From an uncultured delta proteobacterium (GTDB taxonomy: Bacteria > Desulfobacterota > Binatia > Binatales > Binataceae): a DNA stretch of 64,000 nt. Below are positions 19,237 to 28,910 of the stretch, in pieces (the first letter of the stretch is position 1; the number at the start of each line of letters is the position of its first letter). Below the pieces are notes generated by a model. It made no database searches. It saw only the letters and a list, made by a program, of their open reading frames with translations, and was not told where the DNA came from. The DNA lies in the NCBI GenBank assembly GCA_963794325.1, contig CAWCDG010000004.1, positions 1,792,001-1,856,000 of the forward strand, in the 5' to 3' direction. The position numbers and the translations under genes are program-made.

Positions 19237-20003
19237 CAGAAAAGCGAATTCGCAAAATCCTCGACGGCGTTGCCGCGGGCAGGATGACTGCCAGTGCAGC
19301 GTTCAAACACATCGGTCAGCTGCCATTCGAGGATCTTGGATTCGCCAAAATCGACAATCATAGAAGCGTCCGGCGCGGAATTCCCGAAGTGGTTTTCGGC
19401 GAAGGCAAGACTGCGGATCAGCTCGCGGCGATAGGTCTGCGCGTGCTCGCCTCCGGAACGAATCTGATTATCACGCGGCTCGACGCGAACAAGGCGCGTA
19501 TCGTCAAACGGAAAATTCGCAGGCTGGATTATCATGCGGATGCTCGCATCGGCGTCGTCGTCAAGGAGCGCGTGAAGCCGTCGGGGCAGGGCGTCGTGAT
19601 GGTGATGAGTGCGGGCACTTCCGACATTCCGGTCGCCGAGGAAGCGGCGTGTTGCGCCGAGCTGTTCGGAAATCGCGTGGCGCGAATCTACGACGTCGGA
19701 GTCGCGGGGATTCATCGGCTTACTGCGAACCTCGACTCGATCCGCAAGGCGAGCGTGCTGATCGTCGTCGCGGGAATGGAAGGCGCGCTGCCGTCGGTCG
19801 TCGCGGGCCTGATCGATAAGCCCGTGATTGCGGTGCCGACCAGCGTCGGCTACGGAGCATCGATGGGCGGGCTGGCGGCGCTGCTCGGGATGCTGAATTC
19901 GTGCGCGAGCGGCGTGACCGTCGTCAATATCGACAATGGTTTCGGCGCGGCGCTCGCGGCCACGCTGATCAACCGGGTGGGAATCGAGCGCGACGGCCGC
20001 TGA
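19233..20003 (+). CDS. larB: Nickel-pincer cofactor biosynthesis protein LarB (AIR carboxylase-like)
   Basis: PEVVFGEGKT, AGTSDIPVAEEA, DVGVAGIHRL, AGMEGALPSV and VNIDNGFGAA. Confidence 0.92.
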   Translation: MTEKRIRKILDGVAAGRMTASAAFKHIGQLPFEDLGFAKIDNHRSVRRGIPEVVFGEGKTADQLAAIGLRVLASGTNLIITRLDANKARIVKRKIRRLDYHADARIGVVVKERVKPSGQGVVMVMSAGTSDIPVAEEAACCAELFGNRVARIYDVGVAGIHRLTANLDSIRKASVLIVVAGMEGALPSVVAGLIDKPVIAVPTSVGYGASMGGLAALLGMLNSCASGVTVVNIDNGFGAALAATLINRVGIERDGR

Positions 20004-21325
20004 TGGCGAAACGCACGTCAATCACCAGCGGGCGCGCGCGCCGCGCGATTAAGATGGGCGAGCTCGCGTCGCAGGTCGGCTCGAGCTACCTGTGGAATCA
20101 ACTGAGGCGGCCGTTTCTGAGCGCTCCTGCGCGCGACCGCGAACTGCTCGACACGCACATCCGCAACGCGCAGCGAATTGTCGAAGGCTCGACGCAGCTT
20201 CGCGGCGCGTTCATGAAGCTCATCCAGATGCTCTCGATTCGCAAGGACCTGCTGCCGGGCGAGGCGCTCGACGTGCTGCGCGCGACGCAATCGAGCGTGC
20301 CGCCAATGAGCTATGCGACAATCTCGGAACAGATTCGCAAGGAGATTGGCAAGCGGCCCGAAGTCGTCTTCAGGAGTTTCGACCAGACCGCGTTTGCCGC
20401 CGCGTCACTCGGCCAGGTGCATCGTGCGGTGACGCGCGACGGCGTCGACGTTGCGGTGAAGATTCAGTATCCGGGCGTCGAGGATACCGTCGAGCAGGAC
20501 TTGCAGAATCTCAAGCTGCTGCTGCGAACGTTGCAGGCGCTCGGCCATGACGTGATGCGCCAGCAGATTGACACCGGCGCCGTGTACAAGGAACTCGAGC
20601 AGCGCCTGCGCGAAGAACTCGACTACGTGAACGAAGCGCGCAACATGACGGAGTTTGGCAAGCGTCTCGGCACGGATTCCGAAATCATGATTCCGCGCGT
20701 CGTCAAGGATCTCAGTTCACGGCGCGTGCTGACGATGACGTACGTCGATGGCTATCCGCTGGCGGACGTGATGGGTCCCGCGGTCGATGCCGAGCTGCGC
20801 GAATGGGTCGCGGTCAAGATTCACGAGTTTGCGTGGCGGCAGATTCTGGAATTTGGATTGCTGCATACCGATTTTCATCCGGGCAATTATCTGGTGAGTC
20901 ATCATCCGCGCCTGGGCGTGCTCGATTTCGGATCGATTCGCCGCTTCCCCGAACCGGTGCGCAAGGCGAATGTGCAAGTGGCCCGCGCGATTCTGAGCGG
21001 CGACGACAAATCGCTCGCGGCCGCAATGGTCAAGCTGGGCTATCTCGATCGCGAACAGGACGCGGCGCCGATGGTGCGAATCATCCACATCCTGTTCGAG
21101 CCGATGCGGGTCGATCGCGCAGTCGATCCCATCGAGTACGACACCGTGGGCAAGGCTGCGATGGTCGGCGAGCTCGCGCTGGTGAATCGGCTCTACAAAT
21201 CGCCCGCGCACAGCGTATTCCTGATTCGCGCGCTGATCGGACTTGAAGGAATCACCCGCGGCCTCGCGGTGAAAACCAACTACCGGAAAATCTTCGCGAA
21301 CTGCGTCGAGCGAATCCCGGGATGA
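20003..21325 (+). CDS. ABC1/UbiB/AarF family atypical kinase
   Basis: AAASLGQVH, VAVKIQYPG, EELDY, HTDFHPGN and LDFG. Confidence 0.92.
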   Translation: MAKRTSITSGRARRAIKMGELASQVGSSYLWNQLRRPFLSAPARDRELLDTHIRNAQRIVEGSTQLRGAFMKLIQMLSIRKDLLPGEALDVLRATQSSVPPMSYATISEQIRKEIGKRPEVVFRSFDQTAFAAASLGQVHRAVTRDGVDVAVKIQYPGVEDTVEQDLQNLKLLLRTLQALGHDVMRQQIDTGAVYKELEQRLREELDYVNEARNMTEFGKRLGTDSEIMIPRVVKDLSSRRVLTMTYVDGYPLADVMGPAVDAELREWVAVKIHEFAWRQILEFGLLHTDFHPGNYLVSHHPRLGVLDFGSIRRFPEPVRKANVQVARAILSGDDKSLAAAMVKLGYLDREQDAAPMVRIIHILFEPMRVDRAVDPIEYDTVGKAAMVGELALVNRLYKSPAHSVFLIRALIGLEGITRGLAVKTNYRKIFANCVERIPG

Positions 21326-22168
21326 CAGACATTCTCGACGCGCTTGAGCGTCATCGTGACCATCACTTTCAGGCGCGTCGCGGCGCGGCGCGTGACCGGC
21401 GAAAAGAGCGCGCTCAAATTTATCGACGAGGTTGGGTTCTGCACCGGGTTCACATCCGGGATGGGTGTGCCGTGCCTGCGCGAGGCTATCGCGGGAACGC
21501 GCGAACCCTCGATGCCGGAGCATATTCAGCACGACTATGCGATCGGGATGACGTGGCGGATCAAAGACTCGCTGCCGCAGCGCCGCGCGGTTTACTACGG
21601 CAAGGTGATCGCGCGACGCCCCAGTTTCATCGCGCGCGAAATGCTGGGCGCATTTCTCCGGTTGCGTGTCGAGCCAGGCGGATATCGCAAGCTGTACCTG
21701 CGCGGTGGATTGTCGAATTGCGGCAAACTGGTGATGGATACCCTCACCAAACGCGGCCTGGCCGAGACTCGCGTCCTGAAACTGTCGAGCGGCCACGCGC
21801 AACCGTCGCGGCGCGCGGTTTTCGATCGTGCGATGGCGGAGCTGCAGGAAAAATTTCTCGCCCTCAAAGTGGACGAGCGCGCCGACCCGTTCAGCTACGT
21901 GTGGGACACGATGGAGCATCGATGGCCCGACGCGATTGCGGATGCCCGGAAGCTCACGCGAAAAGAGGCGGCGTACGTAATCGTCGCAAAATATTTCGAG
22001 ACCGCAGCTTTCGGAAATGAGCGCGCGATTGCGCGGCTGCTCGGAATAGATCTCGCGCTGGTTGAAACTGCGGCGCGCCAACTCGAGCGCGAGGGCTCGA
22101 TCGCGCGCGGTGTGAGGATCGATGGGCATCCCGGCGCAATCAGTTTGCTGTCCGGGTTCGTGCCGTAG
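21322..22168 (+). CDS. AlkZ/YcaQ-related winged-helix protein, apparently split by a +1 frameshift at about 21367-21370
   Basis: ATG 21322 overlaps the ubiB stop. The main frame (21344-22168) carries ALKFIDEVGF and WRIKD..VYYGK motifs recalled from AlkZ-related proteins. Confidence 0.55.
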
Positions 22169-22229
22169 CGGGAAGCGCTTGTCGCCGGAGACCTTTCCGG
22201 TCTAAGAAAGATCATTCGGAGGGAAAACC

Positions 22230-23162
22230 ATGCCGCTCGACCCGCAAGCTAAAACATTGATGGATCAACTCGCTGCCGCGCCCGGACCGAAGTTGAATAC
22301 GCTGGAGCCGGCCGATGCGCGCCGCTTGACTGCCGGCATGTTCGTAGTGCCGCTGGAGCGCGCTGAGAAAGTCGCCAAGGTCGAGGATCGCAAAATTCCG
22401 GGACCCGCGGGCGAGATTCCGATTCGCATCTACACTCCCGAGGGTGCCGGCCCGTTTCCAGTGCTGGTGTATCTTCACGGCGGTGGATGGGTGATCTGCG
22501 GACTCGATACGCACGACGGGCCATGTCGCGCGCTCACCAAGAAGGCGGGATGCGTGACCGTGTCGGTCGATTACCGGCTCGCGCCCGAGAATAAATTTCC
22601 TGCCGGGGTCGAAGATTGCTTTGCCGCGACCAAGTGGGTCGCGGCGCACGCCAGAGAGTTCAACGCCGATGCGAACCGGCTCGCGGTCGGTGGTGATAGC
22701 GCGGGCGGGAATCTGTCCGCGGTAGTATCACAACTCGCGCGTGACGCGGGCGGGCCGAAGATCGCGCTCCAGCTGCTCATCTATCCGGCGACCGAGGCTG
22801 AGCTCGACACTTACTCGCACAAAACGTTCACAAACTACTTTCTAACCAAGGAAGACATAGTTTATTTCTGGAAGCATTACCTGCGTAGCGCTGACGACCG
22901 CAAAGATCCCCGCGTCGCGCCCGCATTGGCGAAGAGCTTCAAAGGATTGCCGCCCGCGCTGATCATTACGGCGGAATTCGATCCGCTGCGCGACGAGGGC
23001 GAGAGCTACGGCGAGAAGCTGCGCGCCGCCGGCGTTCCGGTGACGGTCACGCGCTACGAAGGAATGATTCACGGATTCTTTTCGATGTACGAAGTGCTCG
23101 ACAAGGGCAAGCTGGCGATCGACGAATCCGCCGAGGCTCTCAGGAAAGCATTCGCGAGGTAG
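22230..23162 (+). CDS. HSL-family alpha/beta hydrolase (esterase/lipase)
   Basis: HGGGW, GDSAGG, DPLRDEG and HGF. Confidence 0.93.
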   Translation: MPLDPQAKTLMDQLAAAPGPKLNTLEPADARRLTAGMFVVPLERAEKVAKVEDRKIPGPAGEIPIRIYTPEGAGPFPVLVYLHGGGWVICGLDTHDGPCRALTKKAGCVTVSVDYRLAPENKFPAGVEDCFAATKWVAAHAREFNADANRLAVGGDSAGGNLSAVVSQLARDAGGPKIALQLLIYPATEAELDTYSHKTFTNYFLTKEDIVYFWKHYLRSADDRKDPRVAPALAKSFKGLPPALIITAEFDPLRDEGESYGEKLRAAGVPVTVTRYEGMIHGFFSMYEVLDKGKLAIDESAEALRKAFAR

Positions 23163-23171
23163 CGGCGAACC

Positions 23172-23894
23172 TCACCACTGCTCATAGTGGACGGCGCGGC
23201 GCTCGTAGCCGGCGCCGCGGAGCAGGTCGCGCAGTCGAATCACGCCCTTGCCGACGCCGCAGATGTAGAAGTGGCGCGAGCGGTCGGCGTCAGCGATGAC
23301 CCATCGCGATTGGGCCATCTCGAACAGGCGATCGTAAATCTTATCGGCCGGCACTATCACCGGCTCGTACGAGAAATTCGGTGCGGTGCGCGCAAGCGCG
23401 TCGAGCTCGGCGGCGTACAGGAGGTGCTCGCGATCCGGCGCCGCATAAATCAAATGGATCGTGGCCGACGGCGATGCAGCGACCGCTTGCTTCAGCATCG
23501 GGCGAATCGGGGCGATCGCCGTGCCTTCCGCGATGAAGCCCTCCTCTGAATCCGGCTCCGGAGCGAGCGTGAAACTGCCGAACGGGCCGCTGAAATCGAG
23601 CGTGTCACCGACGCGCCGCTCGAACAGCCAGTCGACGCCGCGCCCGCCCTTGACGCGATTAAAACAGATCTCGAACGGGCCGCGATCTTCCGGGCTCGAT
23701 GCGATCGAGTAGGGCCGCGAGCGCGTCTCGTCGCCGAGCGGAATCGTGATCGAGATGAATTGCCCGGGGGCAAAGCGCAAATGCTTTCCGCTGGTGAGCG
23801 AGAGAAAAAGCGAACGCGTGTCCGACGCGTGATCGAAAATCTTCTCGACGCGCGCATTCAGCGTCGAGCGGTTGCTCGGTGCGGCTGTCGTCAT
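23172..23894 (-). CDS. FNR-like FAD/NAD(P)-binding oxidoreductase
   Basis: PGQFI, RPYSIAS, GPFG, YICG and terminal YEQW. Confidence 0.85.
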   Translation of the reverse strand: MTTAAPSNRSTLNARVEKIFDHASDTRSLFLSLTSGKHLRFAPGQFISITIPLGDETRSRPYSIASSPEDRGPFEICFNRVKGGRGVDWLFERRVGDTLDFSGPFGSFTLAPEPDSEEGFIAEGTAIAPIRPMLKQAVAASPSATIHLIYAAPDREHLLYAAELDALARTAPNFSYEPVIVPADKIYDRLFEMAQSRWVIADADRSRHFYICGVGKGVIRLRDLLRGAGYERRAVHYEQW

Positions 23895-24265
23895 TCTTCG
23901 GCCGCCTCGCTGACCTGGTTAATCGTGTAGCGAGGAACGACGACGACGATTTCCGCGTTGGGGTCGTCGATGACGGCCTGGCATCCCAGACGCGATGTCG
24001 GCGTCAGTCCGGGCGCCCTGTCGAGCAGGTCTTCCTCCTGCTCGCTCGACTCGCCGAGCTTGTTGAACCCCTGCTTGATGATCACGTGGCAGGTCGTGCA
24101 CGCGCAGTTGCCGCCGCATGCATGCTCGAGATGGATTCCGTGACCGAGCATCACGTCGAGAATCGAGCCGGGCTTGCCGTCATGATGAAACGGCGCCTTG
24201 GCGGGGTCGAACTCGATTACCTTTTCAGGATCGCCGTTTTCGAATTGGATTCGCAGTTTCGCCAT
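23891..24265 (-). CDS. fdx: Adrenodoxin/ISC-type 2Fe-2S ferredoxin
   Basis: CGGNCACTTCH and SRLGCQ. Confidence 0.9.
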   Translation of the reverse strand: MAKLRIQFENGDPEKVIEFDPAKAPFHHDGKPGSILDVMLGHGIHLEHACGGNCACTTCHVIIKQGFNKLGESSEQEEDLLDRAPGLTPTSRLGCQAVIDDPNAEIVVVVPRYTINQVSEAAEE

Positions 24266-24330
24266 CGGAGTCAGATTGTCTTGAGATTATGCGCTGCGCC
24301 GGGACGGGGAAACCGTTTCTGTCCGATCGC

Positions 24331-24359
24331 TTGCATCTTCGCCGGATTTTCGCCATGAT
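24331..24359 (+). promoter_or_regulatory. lexA promoter with candidate SOS box TTCGCC-N5-TTCGCC
   Basis: TTGCAT-17 nt-CATGAT, with a direct repeat at 24338-24354. Confidence 0.55.
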
Positions 24360-24395
24360 CGGAGCCGTCTAAATGAGCTATAGGGAGAAGCCCGA

Positions 24396-25004
24396 ATGGC
24401 GACGCTGACCAAGCGGCAGAAGCAGCTGATCGACTACCTGAACGACTATATCAGCCAACACGGCTACGCGCCCACGCTGGCCGAAGTCGGCCAATACTTC
24501 GGGCTGTCGTCACTCGCCACCGTTCATAAGCATCTGCACAACCTCGAGCAGAAAGGGTTCATCAAGCGGCAACATAATCATAGCAGAGCACTCGAAGTCG
24601 CGGCGTCGGCGAAACGCGCGGCGCCGGCTACGATTCGATTGCTCGGCACCGTCGCGGCGGGCGCGCCGATCGAGGCGGTCGAGAACAACGAAACGATCAG
24701 CGTTCCCGACGACTTCATCCGGCGCGATAATACGTTCTGTCTGCGCGTGAAAGGCGACTCGATGATCGAAGACGGCATCCGCGACGGCGATTACATAATT
24801 GTCGAAGGACGTGACAGCGCCGACAATGGCGAGACGGTCGTGGCGCTGATCGGCAACGAGGCCACCGTCAAGAAATTCTACCGCGAATCGAGCGGGCAGA
24901 TCCGGCTGCAGCCGGCGAACGCCTCGATGCAACCGATCATGGTGGGCGAGGGTGACTTGGCGATTCGCGGCGTCGTGGTCGGCCTGATGCGTCACTACCG
25001 TTAA
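24396..25004 (+). CDS. lexA: SOS repressor LexA
   Basis: N-terminal wHTH, VAAG cleavage site, GDSM (Ser) and ATVKKF (Lys). Confidence 0.96.
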   Translation: MATLTKRQKQLIDYLNDYISQHGYAPTLAEVGQYFGLSSLATVHKHLHNLEQKGFIKRQHNHSRALEVAASAKRAAPATIRLLGTVAAGAPIEAVENNETISVPDDFIRRDNTFCLRVKGDSMIEDGIRDGDYIIVEGRDSADNGETVVALIGNEATVKKFYRESSGQIRLQPANASMQPIMVGEGDLAIRGVVVGLMRHYR

Positions 25005-25016
25005 AACACCCGGAAC

Positions 25017-25124
25017 TTGATTGAATGTGAAACCCGCGGTGGGTTTCACACTTCCTTCGGCAGGGGTGACCCCTGCACCCAGTATTAAGAAGGACAAGAT
25101 GCGGGACTTCGTCCCTGTTAGAAG
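25017..25124 (+). repeat. Multi-hairpin dispersed element, copy 1 (tail A)
   Basis: GTGAAACCC/GGGTTTCAC, GCAGGGG-TGA-CCCCTGC and GGGAC-TTC-GTCCC hairpins. Confidence 0.85.
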
Positions 25125-25165
25125 GTTTTGGAGCGGAACGCACAGCTAAGCCGGGAGAAATTGCT

Positions 25166-25543
25166 GTGTTCAAGAAAATTGATTGCGTGATGATTCGCGT
25201 GGATGACCTCGCGGCGGGTGAGAAGTTCTACTCCGAAGTATTCGGGCTCGAGCCGCTTTGGCGCGACGCGGGCAGCGTCGGGATGGGTCTGCCTGAAACC
25301 AACGCCGAAATCGTTCTTCACACCAACGCGGAAATACCGCACAAGGTCGAGGTACATTACCTGGTCGATGATGTCGTTGCGGCGGTGAAGGTCTATGCGG
25401 AGAAAGGGTGCCGTGTTTTAGTGCCGCCGTTCGACGTGATGATAGGAAAGTGCGCGGTCATCGAGGATCCATTCGCGACTACTATCTGCATTCTGGACCT
25501 GAGTTCGGGCCGGCGCCCGCGTTATATCCGTGAGATCGTCTAA
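25166..25543 (+). CDS. VOC family protein
   Basis: IDCVMIRVDD, YLVDDV and IEDPF; GGAG RBS. Confidence 0.8.
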   Translation: MFKKIDCVMIRVDDLAAGEKFYSEVFGLEPLWRDAGSVGMGLPETNAEIVLHTNAEIPHKVEVHYLVDDVVAAVKVYAEKGCRVLVPPFDVMIGKCAVIEDPFATTICILDLSSGRRPRYIREIV

Positions 25544-26325
25544 GCGCGAATTGGAATCGTCACGATGAAAGCTGAGCCCTGGTCGGGCGCGGTCCTGACG
25601 ACGATTTTTGCGCCGAGCGCTTCTACATTGCGCTGAACGACAGCGAGGCCGAGTCCCATTCCGCGGTGGATGCGGATACTCGAATGTGAAAGCTGGGCGC
25701 AGGGTTTGAATGCCTCCGCGACCTCGGCGGGCTCTATTCCTGGTCCGGTATCACGGACCTCCAGTTCAATAGCGGGTTCGAGACGAGACGATTCAACTCG
25801 CCGAATCGCGATAGTGACGCTCCCTCGATCGGTGAATCTTACCGCGTTGACGCCCAGGTTGAGCAGGATCGCCTTGACTGGCCGGCGTCGCGCACGAAAA
25901 ACCGCGGGTGCGCGGTCGAGATCAAATTTGATTTCCAGGCCCTTGGTGTCGTTGGCCGCATCGAGTGCCGGCACCAGATCTTCAATCAGATCGTGCGGGC
26001 GAATTTCCTCTTCGGCTGCCGCTTCCGCCATCGCGTCCGCGACCGAGAAGTCCATCACGTTTTCGACAGTCTGCGCGAGGTCATGTGCGTTGGCATTCAG
26101 GCGCTCGATCATATGCTTGTGACGACCGCCCAGTTCACTACTCAATTCGTCACGCAGGATGTCGAGGTAGCCGAGGATTGCCTGCACCGGAGAGCGAAGT
26201 TCGTGCGCGAGGTTCGCCAGGGCTTCCATGTGGAGGCCCTGCTCCCATTTGCTCGCCTGCATTCCCGTGGCGACCGGGTCCGCGGTTGGGCTGGGCGCGC
26301 GACCATTGTTTGAGAGGTTCGACAA
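25540..26325 (-). CDS. Cytoplasmic histidine kinase (HisKA plus HATPase only)
   Basis: AHELRSP, NLGVNA, DTGPGI and GMGLGL; no sensor or TM region. Confidence 0.85.
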   Translation of the reverse strand: MSNLSNNGRAPSPTADPVATGMQASKWEQGLHMEALANLAHELRSPVQAILGYLDILRDELSSELGGRHKHMIERLNANAHDLAQTVENVMDFSVADAMAEAAAEEEIRPHDLIEDLVPALDAANDTKGLEIKFDLDRAPAVFRARRRPVKAILLNLGVNAVRFTDRGSVTIAIRRVESSRLEPAIELEVRDTGPGIEPAEVAEAFKPCAQLSHSSIRIHRGMGLGLAVVQRNVEALGAKIVVRTAPDQGSAFIVTIPIRA

Positions 26326-26558
26326 CTGCGTCTATCCGTTCTGATCTTTCTGCTTGGCTGGCTTCGCTGCGCCCTAAATTTTCGATGCGAGCTATGCGTG
26401 CCAATTGCCATCCCACGTTGCAGCAAAAGAGCAGCTAGGTGAATCGGGAAAGTACCTAGATTCATAGGAATAAGTACCTAGAAGGCGGTGAAAGAGTTCG
26501 TAGGGAAATGCGCAAGATACTGCGATGTTTCAAACGAGAAGGATTCGGAGCGGAACCG

Positions 26559-27482
26559 TCAGGCTGCGGAGAGGATTTCGCGGGCTTTTTTCAGGTCTTC
26601 GGCGATTTGCGCGGTTAGCGATTCGGCGTTGGCGAATTTCTTTTCAGCGCGGATTCGTTCTACCAGTTCCAGTTTGACGCGCTTGCCGTAGATGTCGCCG
26701 GTGAAGTCGAAGATGTGGGCTTCGATCGAGCGGGCGCTCTCGGAAAATGTCGGGCGCATCCCGATGTTGGTGATCGATGGATGCGCGCCGTCGTCGAGGA
26801 TGACGCGGGTGGCGTAAACGCCGTCGGGCGGGATGCATTCGGTTTCGCTGGCGATGTTCGCGGTGGGGAAGCCGATCGTCCGTCCGCGCTCGCGTCCACG
26901 CACGACCGGCCCGGCGAGGAAATGGTAACGGCCCAGGAGCCTCGCCGCGCGATGCATGTCGCCGGTGGTTATTGCTTCGCGCACTTTGGTCGAGCTGACT
27001 TCGATGCCGTCGACTTTCACCGGCCCGACTACGTCGGTGTCGAAGCCCAGTTCGCGCCCAAGTTCGACCATCACGGCGGAAGTGCCAGCGCGATTGTGTC
27101 CAAACCTGAAATTTTGCCCGACGACGACTTCGCGCACTCCGATTTTCCCGCTCATGTAGTCGCGCACGAAATCGCGCGGCGAGAGGAGGCTCAGGTCGAG
27201 CGTGAAGTTGATCACGATTACGCCGTCGATGCCGGACAGCCGCAGCAGTTCGAGCTTGTCATCTGGCGTGAGGATCAACTTGGGAGCGCGGGCCGGAACC
27301 AGCAGCTTGGAGGGCAGCGGATCGAAGGTCAGCGCGAACGCGGTGCCGCCGGCCGCGCGAGCGCGATCGATCGCCGCCTTGAGTATCGCGCGATGCCCGA
27401 GATGGACGCCGTCGAAATTTCCGATCGCGGTGACCGGGTACGGATGCCGTTCGAGCGCGTCGAGGTCGCGAATTATTTCCAT
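26559..27482 (-). CDS. ribF: Bifunctional riboflavin kinase/FAD synthetase
   Basis: GNFDGVHLGH, VSSTKVR, GRTIGFPTAN and IEAHIFDF. Confidence 0.96.
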   Translation of the reverse strand: MEIIRDLDALERHPYPVTAIGNFDGVHLGHRAILKAAIDRARAAGGTAFALTFDPLPSKLLVPARAPKLILTPDDKLELLRLSGIDGVIVINFTLDLSLLSPRDFVRDYMSGKIGVREVVVGQNFRFGHNRAGTSAVMVELGRELGFDTDVVGPVKVDGIEVSSTKVREAITTGDMHRAARLLGRYHFLAGPVVRGRERGRTIGFPTANIASETECIPPDGVYATRVILDDGAHPSITNIGMRPTFSESARSIEAHIFDFTGDIYGKRVKLELVERIRAEKKFANAESLTAQIAEDLKKAREILSAA

Positions 27483-27504
27483 TCAGTCTTGCGCAAGGGC
27501 CGCC

Positions 27505-28359
27505 TTAATCGCTCGCGAGATCTTTCATCATCGTGTCCGCGGACGCCGCCTGCGGCGTGCCGGCGTGATCGTTAACCAGCTTTTGCAGGGTCAGGCGCGC
27601 GTCGATTCGATCGTTGAGTTTCACGAATGCCTGCGCCTCACGCAGCAACGCGGCGCTCGCATACTTGCCCTTGGGAAAGCGCATCACGAGATCGTTGAAC
27701 TGTAAAATCGCCTGGTCATAGGCGCCGTTTTCGAACAGCGCATTCGCGGCGAAATATTCGGCGGGCTCGCTCAGCGGCGACTTCGGGTACGCATGCTGGA
27801 GCTTGGTGAACCTCGCCACTGCGAGCGGATACTTGGCGGCCTTCATCGCATCGAGGCCTTCGCGATAAATCTTGATGCCCGGTTCGTTCGACGTCGCAGC
27901 ATCGGCGATTTCCTGATCGAGCTCGGCTGGCCAGGTCGGCGCGATCTCCGCGGGAGTTGCAGGCGGAGCGGTCACCCCTGATGGCGGTGCTGACGCCACT
28001 CCCGTTCCGGGGCCGACGCTGTCCGCCGGTGCGCCGGGCGGTGGCACCGCGCCGGGAGTCGCTGCCATGCCGGCTTGCAGCGCTTTTACCTCCGCCTCGA
28101 GGCTCGCAACGCGATCGTTCACCCCTGACGCGTTGCCTCCCGCGGTGCCTGCGCCGTGCTGGAGTTCCTCGATCTGATCGTTCTGCCGTGCGACCTGCGC
28201 CTTGAGCGCGTCGATCTGCTGGTGGTCGGCGGCGATCATCCCGCGCAGCGTGAACTCATTTTTGTTGAGCTGCTCCATGCCGCTTTGATCGGCGCATCCG
28301 GCCAGCGCGAATGCCGCAAGGACGGCGACGGCGCCGATCGTCAGGTTGGTTTTTCGCAC
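27505..28359 (-). CDS. cpoB: Tol-Pal associated TPR protein CpoB/YbgF
   Basis: Lipobox LAGC, coiled coil and C-terminal TPRs; directly follows pal. Confidence 0.8.
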   Translation of the reverse strand: MRKTNLTIGAVAVLAAFALAGCADQSGMEQLNKNEFTLRGMIAADHQQIDALKAQVARQNDQIEELQHGAGTAGGNASGVNDRVASLEAEVKALQAGMAATPGAVPPPGAPADSVGPGTGVASAPPSGVTAPPATPAEIAPTWPAELDQEIADAATSNEPGIKIYREGLDAMKAAKYPLAVARFTKLQHAYPKSPLSEPAEYFAANALFENGAYDQAILQFNDLVMRFPKGKYASAALLREAQAFVKLNDRIDARLTLQKLVNDHAGTPQAASADTMMKDLASD

Positions 28360-28370
28360 TCGTCTAATCC

Positions 28371-28910
28371 TTATTGGCTCGCCATTTTGCTGACCGTAAA
28401 GTGATCGCGCCGGTTCTGCGACCAGCAGCTTTCGTCGTGATCAGTGCAGACCGGAAGCTCCTTGCCGTAGCTGATCGTCGACATTCTGGTCTCGCTGATT
28501 CCGAGCGTTGCCAGGTAATCCTTGCCGGCCTGCGCGCGCTTGGCGCCCAGCGCGATATTGTATTCCTCCGATCCGCGCTCGTCGCAATAACCCTCGACCT
28601 GGACCCTGGTCTGCGGATGCGCTTGCAGCCAGCTCGCGTTGGACTTCAGCACACTGCCGTCCTGGTCCTGGATCGTCGAATCGTTGTACCCGAAATGAAT
28701 GTCGCTGAGCGGACCGCCTATATGGCCGCCATGCCCGAAGTCGTCTTCCGGATTACCGCCGCCGGCGCCTGTGGGGGTTTCACCGATTTGATTTGCGCCG
28801 GGATTTTCTGCGCCGATTGGCGCAGGCTTCTTCGAGCATCCCGCCATCATCAGCACCGCCCAGACACTCGCAAACGCGATCGTTTTGGCCAATGTCGAAT
28901 TACTATTCAC
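28371..28910 (-). CDS. pal: Peptidoglycan-associated lipoprotein
   Basis: MAGC lipobox, EGYCDERGSEEYNIALG, SYGKE and NRR. Confidence 0.95.
   Translation of the reverse strand: MNSNSTLAKTIAFASVWAVLMMAGCSKKPAPIGAENPGANQIGETPTGAGGGNPEDDFGHGGHIGGPLSDIHFGYNDSTIQDQDGSVLKSNASWLQAHPQTRVQVEGYCDERGSEEYNIALGAKRAQAGKDYLATLGISETRMSTISYGKELPVCTDHDESCWSQNRRDHFTVSKMASQ

Noticed and set aside
26394-26411. Sigma54 promoter on the minus strand
   Set aside because: GG-N10-GC is present but the -12 TTGC context is poor.
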